Positions 1-6,797 of a stretch of DNA of 11,786 bases are shown in pieces. Within the stretch, counting starts at the first letter, position 1; every line of letters begins with the position of its first letter. Made by a program: the position numbers and the translations under genes. The notes under the pieces are model-generated. The model did no database searches. It worked only from the letters and a program-made list of their open reading frames with translations, and was not told the origin of the DNA. The DNA comes from Candidatus Bathyarchaeia archaeon (GTDB lineage: Archaea; Thermoproteota; Bathyarchaeia; Bathyarchaeales; Bathycorpusculaceae), in NCBI GenBank assembly GCA_049969855.1, contig JBMFOB010000028.1:1-11786 (forward strand), in the 5' to 3' direction.

Positions 1-1
1 A

Positions 2-124
2 ATGCCAGTAAAAGATATGCTTAAAAACTTCAATTTAACGGGAAAAAAGAAGAATGAGTTTTTAGACGCTTTGAGAAGACTTGAAAGAAGGAATATAATA
101 AGAATCTTAACCATCGTAGGTTAG
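2..124 (+). CDS. Probably partial (3' end) ORF, C-terminus resembling a winged-helix DNA-binding domain
   Basis: Frame 2 is open from the window edge to TAG at 122-124: MPVKDMLKNFNLTGKKKNEFLDALRRLERRNIIRILTIVG*. 'ALRRLERRNIIRI' resembles a wHTH recognition helix plus wing strand. A pyrimidine-rich tract follows (125-145). Not in the supplied ORF track. Confidence 0.55.
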   Translation: MPVKDMLKNFNLTGKKKNEFLDALRRLERRNIIRILTIVG

Positions 125-145
125 ATTTCTCTTTCAGCCCTTTAT

Positions 146-613
146 TCAGGATTTTTCAAGGAGTTTCTGTGCGTCTTCAATCCATTTTCCAACAATCTTC
201 GGCGAAATTTTTAGTTTTGCAGCCAAATCTTCAGCTGAAGCCTTTGCCAAATCTTCAACACTGTTTATGCCAATAGCCTTCAACTGTCCAGCCCGCTTCT
301 CCTTAATCCCCTTCACTTGAGTAAGCTCCAACTTTGGAGGCGCAACTTCAGCGAGGGTTACTGGTTTTTCTTCCACCACAACCTCTGAAACTGTTGGCTG
401 TGGTGTTGGTGCAGGTGCTGGCGGTGTTGGCTCTGCTGCTTTTGCTTGTGGCTTTGCCCTCTGAGAATAGCCTAATCCTACAAAGAGAAGCCCCAGAACT
501 GCTGTAGCAACGACTGATAAGTTCCTTTCAGGCTCTGAAAGTGCTACAAAAGAAATTCCTGTTATTACGAAAAATATTATTGCCACCATGTATAGGGCAT
601 AATCTGAACGCAT
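146..613 (-). CDS. Membrane-anchored helix-hairpin-helix protein (2 TM + Pro/Ala-rich linker + HHH_5/DUF4332-like domain), 155 aa
   Basis: Two hydrophobic segments (ALYMVAIIFFVITGISFVAL; LSVVATAVLGLLFVGLGY), linker EPTPPAPAPTPQPT, then LTQVKGIKEKRAGQLKAIGINSVEDLAKASAEDLAAKLKISPKIVGKWIEDA, the typical tandem-HhH pattern. Start moved from 679 to ATG 613 because GGAG lies just upstream and a TATA/BRE falls inside the 614-679 extension. Confidence 0.85.
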   Translation of the reverse strand: MRSDYALYMVAIIFFVITGISFVALSEPERNLSVVATAVLGLLFVGLGYSQRAKPQAKAAEPTPPAPAPTPQPTVSEVVVEEKPVTLAEVAPPKLELTQVKGIKEKRAGQLKAIGINSVEDLAKASAEDLAAKLKISPKIVGKWIEDAQKLLEKS

Positions 614-652
614 ATGGATTTTCTCTCCTAACCATGTATGTTCTATGGAAGA

Positions 653-668
653 GTTTAAATAATTTTCG
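653..668 (-). promoter_or_regulatory. Putative BRE + TATA box for the HhH gene
   Basis: Minus strand reads CGAAAATTATTTAAAC (purine-rich BRE then TTTAAA), about 40 nt upstream of ATG 613, leaving room for a short leader with GGAG. Confidence 0.55.
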
Positions 669-676
669 ACATTTTC

Positions 677-700
677 CAAAATAAAAAGATGAAATTTAGT
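677..700 (-). terminator. Possible archaeal U-rich terminator of the malic enzyme gene
   Basis: Minus strand has TTTCATCTTTTTATTTT about 30-50 nt after the stop at 727. Confidence 0.35.
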
Positions 701-726
701 GTTGCAATGGTTATCTTATGCCTTTT

Positions 727-2109
727 CTATTTCAGAAGTTCCTTTTCCGGTGGCGGCGGCTTTATTAAGCCTTGTTTCATTAGGATTTCGGTGGATTTTC
801 TTGCGTTTTGAATTATTGCAACAGCCCTTTCGTAAAGTTCCTTTCTGCTGGGTTTAACTCTTGCCACTCCCTGTTCTATGGATTTCAGTGCGCATGCAAC
901 GGCTTCTCTTGGGTAAACTTCCCATTCTTCCATTCTTGGAAGGATGTCGTTCTCATGCATTCCCCTTTCCTCTGCGAATTTTGCCAGTTCTTGGGCTGCT
1001 GCTATGCACATGTCATCCGTTACAGTTTTTGCTTTCACGTCTAAGACTCCTCTGAATATGGCTGGAAAGCCTAGGCTGTTGTTAACTTGGTTTGGAAAGT
1101 CGCTTCTTCCAGTTGCCACAATGCGGGCTCCTGCCTCTTTGGCTTCCCATGGCCAAATTTCTGGTATTGGGTTTGCGCAGGCGAAAATTATTGAGTTGTC
1201 AGCCATTGTGCGTATCCAATCCTTCTTTATTGTGTCTGGTCCAGGTTTTGATGCGGCAACCACGGCGTCAACGCCTTTGAAGGCTTCTGTTATGTCGCCT
1301 GTTCTGCCTTCAGCATTTGTTTTTTGGGCTAAATCGTATTTCCATGGGTCTTCCTCTTTTGTTATGTCCTTTCTGCCTGCATGGATTATGCCTTTAGTGT
1401 CCACCATTAATATGTTGCCAGGCTTAATTCCCCACCTTATTAGGACGTATGCTGTTCTGATGTTGGCTGAACCTGCGCCGATAAGGGTTATTATGCTTTC
1501 CTTTGGTTTTTTGCCGACTATTTTGAAGGCGTTTATTAATCCAGCCAATATTACTGTGGCTGTTCCTTGCTGGTCATCGTGCCAAACTGGAATCTGCAGG
1601 CGTTCTCTTGCTTTTTCCAGAACGTGGAAGCATTTTGGCTTTTCAATGTCTTCTAGGTTTATGCCGCCGAAGGATGGTTCGATGAGTTCGCATGCGCGGA
1701 TTATTTCTTCTGGGTCTTTGGTTTTTAGGCATATGGGAAAAGCGTCAACTCCGCCTAAATATTTGAATAGTAATGCTTTTCCTTCCATTACTGGCATGGC
1801 TGCTTCTGGTCCTATGTCGCCTAAACCCAAAACACGGGTTCCATCAGAAACTACGGCTACATAATTCCATCGGTTTGTAAGTTCAAAGGATTTTTCCGGA
1901 TTCGCCTGAATTTCTTTGCATGGAGCGGCAACGCCAGGCGTATACCATATTGCAAAGTCGTCTGGGCTTGTTATGGCGCATTTCGGCATAACTTGCACTT
2001 TTCCTTCATAAAACCTGTGCATTGGAGGCGCCAACTGTGATGGTTTTTTGGCTTTCGCCAACAACTCTTCAACTGTTGGTTTTCTCTCTTCCTTTTTTGG
2101 CTTGGACAT
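727..2109 (-). CDS. mae: NAD(P)-dependent malic enzyme (malate oxidoreductase, decarboxylating), short prokaryotic type
   Basis: Motifs YTPGVA, VVSDGTRVLGLGDIG, PVMEGKALLFK, GGINLEDI, HDDQQGTA, GAGSA, FACANPIPEI, ATGRSDFPNQVNNSLGFPAIFRG. AAGGAG upstream of ATG. No PTA fusion. Confidence 0.97.
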   Translation of the reverse strand: MSKPKKEERKPTVEELLAKAKKPSQLAPPMHRFYEGKVQVMPKCAITSPDDFAIWYTPGVAAPCKEIQANPEKSFELTNRWNYVAVVSDGTRVLGLGDIGPEAAMPVMEGKALLFKYLGGVDAFPICLKTKDPEEIIRACELIEPSFGGINLEDIEKPKCFHVLEKARERLQIPVWHDDQQGTATVILAGLINAFKIVGKKPKESIITLIGAGSANIRTAYVLIRWGIKPGNILMVDTKGIIHAGRKDITKEEDPWKYDLAQKTNAEGRTGDITEAFKGVDAVVAASKPGPDTIKKDWIRTMADNSIIFACANPIPEIWPWEAKEAGARIVATGRSDFPNQVNNSLGFPAIFRGVLDVKAKTVTDDMCIAAAQELAKFAEERGMHENDILPRMEEWEVYPREAVACALKSIEQGVARVKPSRKELYERAVAIIQNARKSTEILMKQGLIKPPPPEKELLK

Positions 2110-2302
2110 TTTATTTATCTCCTTTTAACGTGAATGGTTGTGTCTGTGATTTTTCGTGTTTTAAAATGTTGCGGTATTTTTTAGGAGAAAACTTCAATGG
2201 CTTTAGGGTTAGTTACGCTGAATATGTATTTTTTATTCTTAACATTAAAATAGTCGCAAAAGAAAGGCTCTCTTTCACATTAAATGAGGAGCGGCAGCGA
2301 CA

Positions 2303-3058
2303 ATGTTAACCATTTATAAGCTTGCTTTAGCTCTGATGGTTGGCTTGGCGCTGATTTACGCTTTTCAAAGTTATTACCCAGAATTTATGTCATTTTTCTC
2401 TAATGCCTTATCTCCAGTGATTGCTGGCGCAGCTGTCGTTGTTTCTGGTGTTTCTTTACAGAAGTATTGGCGTAAAGGTGAAGAACGCTTTTCAATAATA
2501 TGGCTTCTATTTACAATCGGCTTGTTCTTCTGGTTTGTCGGCGAATCTGTATGGATGGGGTACACGCTCATATGGAATGTGGAAGTGCCATATCCCTCCG
2601 TTGCCGACGCCTTCTGGATAATGGGGTATGTTCCATTCTTTTTTGCACTATACTTTTATGTTAAAATCTTTGGTTCAGCGTTATCAAAGAAAATGTTAGC
2701 CGCCGCTTTAGCGCTTACAATTATTTTGGCTTTGGCAACATCCTTTGCGTTGATTACTCCCGTAATCGGTTCAGAAGAGGACATGCTAACTTTGGCGGTG
2801 AATTTTGCCTATCCTCTGCTTGATGTGGCGTTGCTTTCCGTTTCTTTTCTTGGACTATTAATTTTCATGAATGGAAAATTGGGAAAATCTTGGCTTCTCA
2901 TCAACTTAGGCATTTTATCAGATGTTTACGGAGATATCCTCTTCAGCTACACAACCCTGCAAGAAACCTATTACAGTGGACACTTACTGGAACTCTTTTA
3001 CCATTTCGGTTACATCTTCTTCCTACTAGCATTCTACATCCACACAAAAGAACTCTAA
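2303..3058 (+). CDS. Polytopic (~8 TM) membrane protein resembling the N-terminal membrane sensor regions of histidine kinases/GGDEF proteins, here stand-alone
   Basis: About eight hydrophobic segments. Motifs W-x5-G...GE..W, PYPSVADAFWIMGY and AYPLLD recall membrane sensor domains. GAGGAG at 2286-2291. No soluble domain follows. Confidence 0.75.
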   Translation: MLTIYKLALALMVGLALIYAFQSYYPEFMSFFSNALSPVIAGAAVVVSGVSLQKYWRKGEERFSIIWLLFTIGLFFWFVGESVWMGYTLIWNVEVPYPSVADAFWIMGYVPFFFALYFYVKIFGSALSKKMLAAALALTIILALATSFALITPVIGSEEDMLTLAVNFAYPLLDVALLSVSFLGLLIFMNGKLGKSWLLINLGILSDVYGDILFSYTTLQETYYSGHLLELFYHFGYIFFLLAFYIHTKEL

Positions 3059-3070
3059 GGAGGAAAAGCC

Positions 3071-3385
3071 TTGAGCAAAAAAGAAACTTTTAAAAAGATG
3101 TTGCTTGAGGCTGTGGATGAGGGTTTATTGACGCTTGGAGAAAGCGGAAGAGAAGCAGTATACTTCCACCTTCAAAATTTATACGGCGTCAAAAAAGACG
3201 AAATTCCAGACAAAATTGAAGAATTTGCAGATAGTTTACGTAAAATATTTGGTTTAGGCGCAGCAGTTATTGAAAAAGCCATAATCAAAAGTTTGTATGC
3301 CAAAATTGGAATGAAGCATGAGGAAAAGAAGGGCTACAGCTTTTTGGCGTATGTAAGGGATGCAGAAAACATTATTGAAAGTTAA
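3071..3385 (+). CDS. Small helical archaeal protein, DUF3227/NitrOD5-like putative signalling output domain
   Basis: LLEAVDEGLLTLGESGREAVYFHL...EIPDKIEEFADSLRKIFGLGAAVIEKAIIKSLY matches my recollection of this family. TTG start with GGAGG at 3059-3063, 12 nt after the upstream stop. Confidence 0.7.
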   Translation: MSKKETFKKMLLEAVDEGLLTLGESGREAVYFHLQNLYGVKKDEIPDKIEEFADSLRKIFGLGAAVIEKAIIKSLYAKIGMKHEEKKGYSFLAYVRDAENIIES

Positions 3386-3389
3386 GGCT

Positions 3390-3425
3390 AAAATAAAGTT
3401 GAAAGGAAGAAAGTGAATGGAAACT
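3390..3425 (-). terminator. Pyrimidine/U-rich tract downstream of ssb in a convergent intergenic gap
   Basis: Minus strand reads GTTTCCATTCACTTTCTTCCTTTCAACTTTATTTT shortly after the stop at 3442. Confidence 0.4.
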
Positions 3426-3441
3426 GTTTAGTCAAGAGCGC

Positions 3442-3921
3442 CTAATATCTTCTTGGTCTGTAGCCGCCCCTTCTTTCTCTTCCGCCGCCGAAGTCTCTTC
3501 TGCCACGTCCTCTGAATGGTCTTCGCTCTTGCTCGTAAACTTTGCTTGACAAATTGTTTTCAGTGTTCACTTCGCCTGCTAATGCTTCTTTTGCCACTTC
3601 TAGGCTGCCGTATCTGCCAACGTTTAAGCGCATGTTACCCCTAAAGAGGGTTATGTAACCGTTTCCAACTTTTATTGTGTCGCCTTCGTTTATTTTATCG
3701 ATGTTGTCGTCCCATAGGGTTAGGTAAACGCAGCCTGTTTCGTCGCCGACTAAAGCGTCGCATACACGGTGTGGAGCGCCGTCTCTTCCTGTGGCTATGT
3801 TTCTAATTTCGCTTTTTGAAACAACTTTTGCTGTGACGTTTACTGCTCTAGATTGGGGGGTTAATTCACTTACTTTCACGTCTACTGGTTTTCTACTTCC
3901 CGAAAAACCTTCAACTGCCAA
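3442..3921 (-). CDS. ssb: Single-stranded DNA-binding protein, single OB-fold (crenarchaeal-type SSB) with Arg/Gly-rich tail
   Basis: KVSELTP..VNVTAKVVSK...ALVGDETGCVYLTLWD...GDTIKVGNGYITLFRGNMRLNVGRYG is the Sulfolobus-type SSB OB-fold pattern. TTG 3921 is preferred as start because the GTG at 3933 is part of the AGGTG Shine-Dalgarno. Confidence 0.92.
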   Translation of the reverse strand: MAVEGFSGSRKPVDVKVSELTPQSRAVNVTAKVVSKSEIRNIATGRDGAPHRVCDALVGDETGCVYLTLWDDNIDKINEGDTIKVGNGYITLFRGNMRLNVGRYGSLEVAKEALAGEVNTENNLSSKVYEQERRPFRGRGRRDFGGGRERRGGYRPRRY

Positions 3922-3995
3922 ACTTTTCAACACCTACATTTTTGACAACAAAATAACATTGCCTTTAACACTTAAGCGTTGTGGTTAAAAACATT

Positions 3996-4412
3996 CTAAG
4001 ACGGCTTATGCTGCAATCCTTCAACACTGCCTATAATGGAATTTAATTGCTCACTGCCAAGCGGAAAACCATGAAGGGTTCTGCCGCGAATCTTCAAATC
4101 TTTAAGAAATGTTTCTTTTATCGGTAAAGGCTTCTCAAAGCGTATTACATATTTGAATTCTATGGCCTTCTTCCATCCCCACCTTTCACATTCACGCTTC
4201 TCCTCTTCAGAAAGTTCATCTAAACCGTAAACATTTCCAATTTCCCCATAACCCACGAAGGCATCGCCTAAGGCTGTCTTATGAACAAAGAGGATTATTT
4301 GCCCAACCTTCCATTTTCTTCGAAAGCCAGTGTAATAAATTGCCATTTCAAAAACTTGGTCCACCCACTCTTTTGTTGCTATTCTCAAAATGTAACCTTC
4401 AGCTTCAGCCAT
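3996..4412 (-). CDS. EVE/PUA-like domain protein
   Basis: N-terminal Y-hydrophobic strand, then W; 'RKWKVGQIILFVH', 'FVGYGEIGNVY', 'IEFKYVIRFEKPLPIKE' and a final short helix follow the EVE/ASCH (PUA superfamily) layout. 17 nt downstream of the dehydrogenase stop. Confidence 0.65.
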   Translation of the reverse strand: MAEAEGYILRIATKEWVDQVFEMAIYYTGFRRKWKVGQIILFVHKTALGDAFVGYGEIGNVYGLDELSEEEKRECERWGWKKAIEFKYVIRFEKPLPIKETFLKDLKIRGRTLHGFPLGSEQLNSIIGSVEGLQHKPS

Positions 4413-4429
4413 AAAAGTAAATCTTTCTC

Positions 4430-5467
4430 CTATGGTTTTATAGCAATTTTTATTTCGCTTTTGGATGTGGCGAGTATTTGGAAGGCTTCATTTATCTCTT
4501 CAAGCTTCATTTTCCGTGTTATAAGTGGTTTAACATTTATTGTTTTTGAAGCTATGTAATTTAGGGCTTTTCTAAAATGTAACGGCGTTGCATGGAACGC
4601 GCCCATAACTTTCACCTCGCCGTAATGGAGAAATTCCGCATTAACTCTTATTTCTGTTCCAGGTGGGCATCCGCCAAACTCAAGCACTGTTCCGCCCTTT
4701 CTTACAAGCGTTAAGGCTTGCTCCCAAGTTGTTGGCAAACCTATGGCTTCAATAACAACGTCTGCGCCGTAGCCGTCTGTTGTTTGCCTAACTTTTTCTG
4801 CAACATTCGCTGTTCCAGCGTTAACTGTTTCATCTGCGCCGAGCTTTTCCGCAAAGCTGAGTCTTTCATCCACAAGGTCTATGACAATCGCTTTTTCAAC
4901 GCCTAGCTTCTTCACGGTTAATAGGTGGAGTAATCCTATTGGTCCAGCGCCAATTATGGCAACCGTATCGCCTAACTTCACTCCAGCCTCTTCCACACCG
5001 TGCAAAACGCATGCTAATGGTTCTGTTATGGCTGCCTCTTCATAAGAAACATGCTGTGGAATTTCCTGCATATTCACCTGAACCATGCGGGCTGGAACCT
5101 TAATGTATTCGGCATAAGCACCCCACAACCAAATCATGTCTTCGCAAAGGTTATACTTACCCTTCTGACACATAAAACAGCGCAGGCAAGGAGCACTATT
5201 GCCAGCACGCACACGCATACCTTTATGTGGCCATTCTAAGCCTTCGCCAACTTCCACAACTTCGCCAGCCCACTCATGCCCAAAAACTGTTGGAAGTTTT
5301 ATCACCTTTTCAACATAGCCCCTTTGGAAAATTTTTAAGTCTGTGCCGCAGGTTGTGGCTGCCTTAACCTCTACGAGGACTTCGCCAGCGTTTACTTCTG
5401 GTTTGGGTATTTCTTCAATTCTCAGGTCTTTTATGCCGTATAACATTGCAGCTTTCATCTGCATCAC
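4430..5467 (-). CDS. Zn-dependent medium-chain dehydrogenase (sorbitol/L-iditol/threonine dehydrogenase-like), copy 1
   Basis: CGTD, GHEWAG, structural Zn CxxCxxCx7C (CLRCFMCQKGKYNLC), EPLAC, GAGPIG, and Asp after the second Rossmann strand (IDLVDER) suggesting NAD. Start could be 5467, 5464 or 5458. Confidence 0.93.
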   Translation of the reverse strand: MMQMKAAMLYGIKDLRIEEIPKPEVNAGEVLVEVKAATTCGTDLKIFQRGYVEKVIKLPTVFGHEWAGEVVEVGEGLEWPHKGMRVRAGNSAPCLRCFMCQKGKYNLCEDMIWLWGAYAEYIKVPARMVQVNMQEIPQHVSYEEAAITEPLACVLHGVEEAGVKLGDTVAIIGAGPIGLLHLLTVKKLGVEKAIVIDLVDERLSFAEKLGADETVNAGTANVAEKVRQTTDGYGADVVIEAIGLPTTWEQALTLVRKGGTVLEFGGCPPGTEIRVNAEFLHYGEVKVMGAFHATPLHFRKALNYIASKTINVKPLITRKMKLEEINEAFQILATSKSEIKIAIKP

Positions 5468-5510
5468 TTGCTTTAAGATTGTAGGCTAAACTATATGGAA
5501 TTTTCCTCTT

Positions 5511-5714
5511 TTAAACAGAAGCCATAGCCGCCAAACCCAAAAGAATTAGGATTATTCCAGAAAAAATGAAAAGCATAGCCAATATTATAAAAACAATTGA
5601 TAGAGGGTTCATTTCAAAAAGCATGTTTGAACTCTGAAACATTAAAAACACACCAACAACCACAAGAATCAATGCGGCAAACAGCAACTTCCAGAAAAAC
5701 ACTTCTCTATCCAA
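5511..5714 (-). CDS. Small 2-TM hypothetical membrane protein (67 aa)
   Basis: Two long hydrophobic helices joined by a short polar loop. TTG start preceded by purine-rich GGAAGG/GGATGA. Fills the gap in the same orientation as its neighbours. Confidence 0.6.
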   Translation of the reverse strand: MDREVFFWKLLFAALILVVVGVFLMFQSSNMLFEMNPLSIVFIILAMLFIFSGIILILLGLAAMASV

Positions 5715-5884
5715 TCATCCAAACCTTCCATTTGACCAAAATATCGAAACATGAAAACGAAATAATACTTATGAATCCAAAATCCAGCTTCTCTTTATTC
5801 CGTTAACAATGATTAATAGAAGAGGTTTGCGTCTGACTTTCCGCGTTAAAATAAGTAGTCAATTAATTGTAACTTTGTTGGATG

Positions 5885-6652
5885 TCAAAGAGTCATCTTT
5901 CTCCTCAGTTTGCTTGTCAGTTCAGCGATAAGAACTCCTAAGAAGGATAGTATTAGTCCCTGAAATAGTAATGTTTGTAGGCTTGTTTGCATAAGGGAAT
6001 ACTGCTCTGTAGACCAGTAACCTCCATCAGATTGGCCTTGTGGCCCTTGGATAGTTGGGCTTTTGATTGTTATCACTAGATTTACTTTTAAGAGAAGCAT
6101 GATGACTAAAAGAACAAGTAGCAGAATGAATGTTATCAAAGGCGGCTTCATAAGGTTATACGTGTCATGGGAATGTGTGCGCCTAACCGTTAGCAGCCAC
6201 ATCACTGCGCCGGGAACTATTAAGGTGTAGGCAAAGCTTGAAAATCCAATTAAAAGAAAGAACGGCGCCTTTAATTCTAAATTTTGCAATGCTAAAATGG
6301 CAGAAACCCAAAAAACAGGGTTAACCACCGTCAAGACCATGCCTGCAAAACCGATTACTGCAGCGTCGGCCATAGACAAAGTTGTTGGTTGAGGCCTCTT
6401 CTCTGGAAACTTTTGAAGGAGTTGAGCGGCCATTTGCCCCTTTTCCGTTAAAACATATCGCCCGTTCTGATCCTTCTCGATCAGATCGCCTAAAATTTTC
6501 AAGTGATAATTAAACTTTCCAGTATTGGCGACACCTACAAAATTCATAAGATCAACATAAGACAAATTTTTCCGCTCAAAAAGTGCAAGAATAATTTTCC
6601 GCCTAACTGGGTGCTTCAGGACATCACTCAGAGACCCAAAATCCACGCCCAA
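5885..6652 (-). CDS. Membrane-anchored transcriptional regulator: N-terminal ArsR-like winged HTH + 4 TM helices
   Basis: VLKHPVRRKIILAL...LSYVDLMNFVGVANTGKFNYHLKILGDLIEKDQNGRYVLTEKGQMA is an archaeal ArsR-like wHTH. Four hydrophobic segments follow. Confidence 0.85.
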   Translation of the reverse strand: MGVDFGSLSDVLKHPVRRKIILALFERKNLSYVDLMNFVGVANTGKFNYHLKILGDLIEKDQNGRYVLTEKGQMAAQLLQKFPEKRPQPTTLSMADAAVIGFAGMVLTVVNPVFWVSAILALQNLELKAPFFLLIGFSSFAYTLIVPGAVMWLLTVRRTHSHDTYNLMKPPLITFILLLVLLVIMLLLKVNLVITIKSPTIQGPQGQSDGGYWSTEQYSLMQTSLQTLLFQGLILSFLGVLIAELTSKLRRKMTL

Positions 6653-6672
6653 TTATTCAACCCCAAATCTGC

Positions 6673-6687
6673 AATAACAATGTTATT
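6673..6687. promoter_or_regulatory. Perfect inverted repeat AATAACA-A-TGTTATT, candidate operator
   Basis: 7-bp arms with a 1-nt spacer, 20 nt upstream of the wHTH start and just downstream of a TATA-like CTTAAAT (minus strand, 6702-6696). Confidence 0.55.
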
Positions 6688-6797
6688 ATGGCATCATTTA
6701 AGGCTATTCGACTAAAAAATTTATCAAAAATTAGTCATCGAATATGTAAAAGCATAAGAGAAAAAGTTTTCAAATATCTTAGTGCAACCTCATAGCA

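Noticed and set aside
395-445. GGTGTTGG/GGTGC short repeats
   Set aside because: Explained by Pro/Ala/Thr codons of the low-complexity linker, not a DNA-level repeat array.
614-679. N-terminal extension MENVENYLNSSIEHTWLGEKIH of the HhH protein in the ORF track
   Set aside because: The region contains a BRE/TATA and a GGAG SD that point to ATG 613 as the true start.
944-1864. 306-aa plus-strand ORF
   Set aside because: Lies wholly antisense to the well-conserved malic enzyme in the mirror frame. Ser/Pro/Ala-rich with no motifs, a typical shadow ORF.
2022-2309. 95-aa plus-strand ORF across the mae/sensor divergent region
   Set aside because: Non-standard start, overlaps the mae 5' end and the promoter region, and has no recognisable features.
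5597-5806. 69-aa plus-strand ORF
   Set aside because: Antisense to the more plausible 2-TM ORF, with no SD or motif.
5860-5869. Palindrome CAATTAATTG just downstream of the wHTH-TM stop
   Set aside because: Only 10 bp, AT-rich, does not extend and has no second copy, so it is compatible with chance.
5468-6797. Possible mobile element inserted between the two dehydrogenases
   Set aside because: No transposase or integrase, terminal inverted repeats or target-site duplications were visible. At most an old gene insertion.
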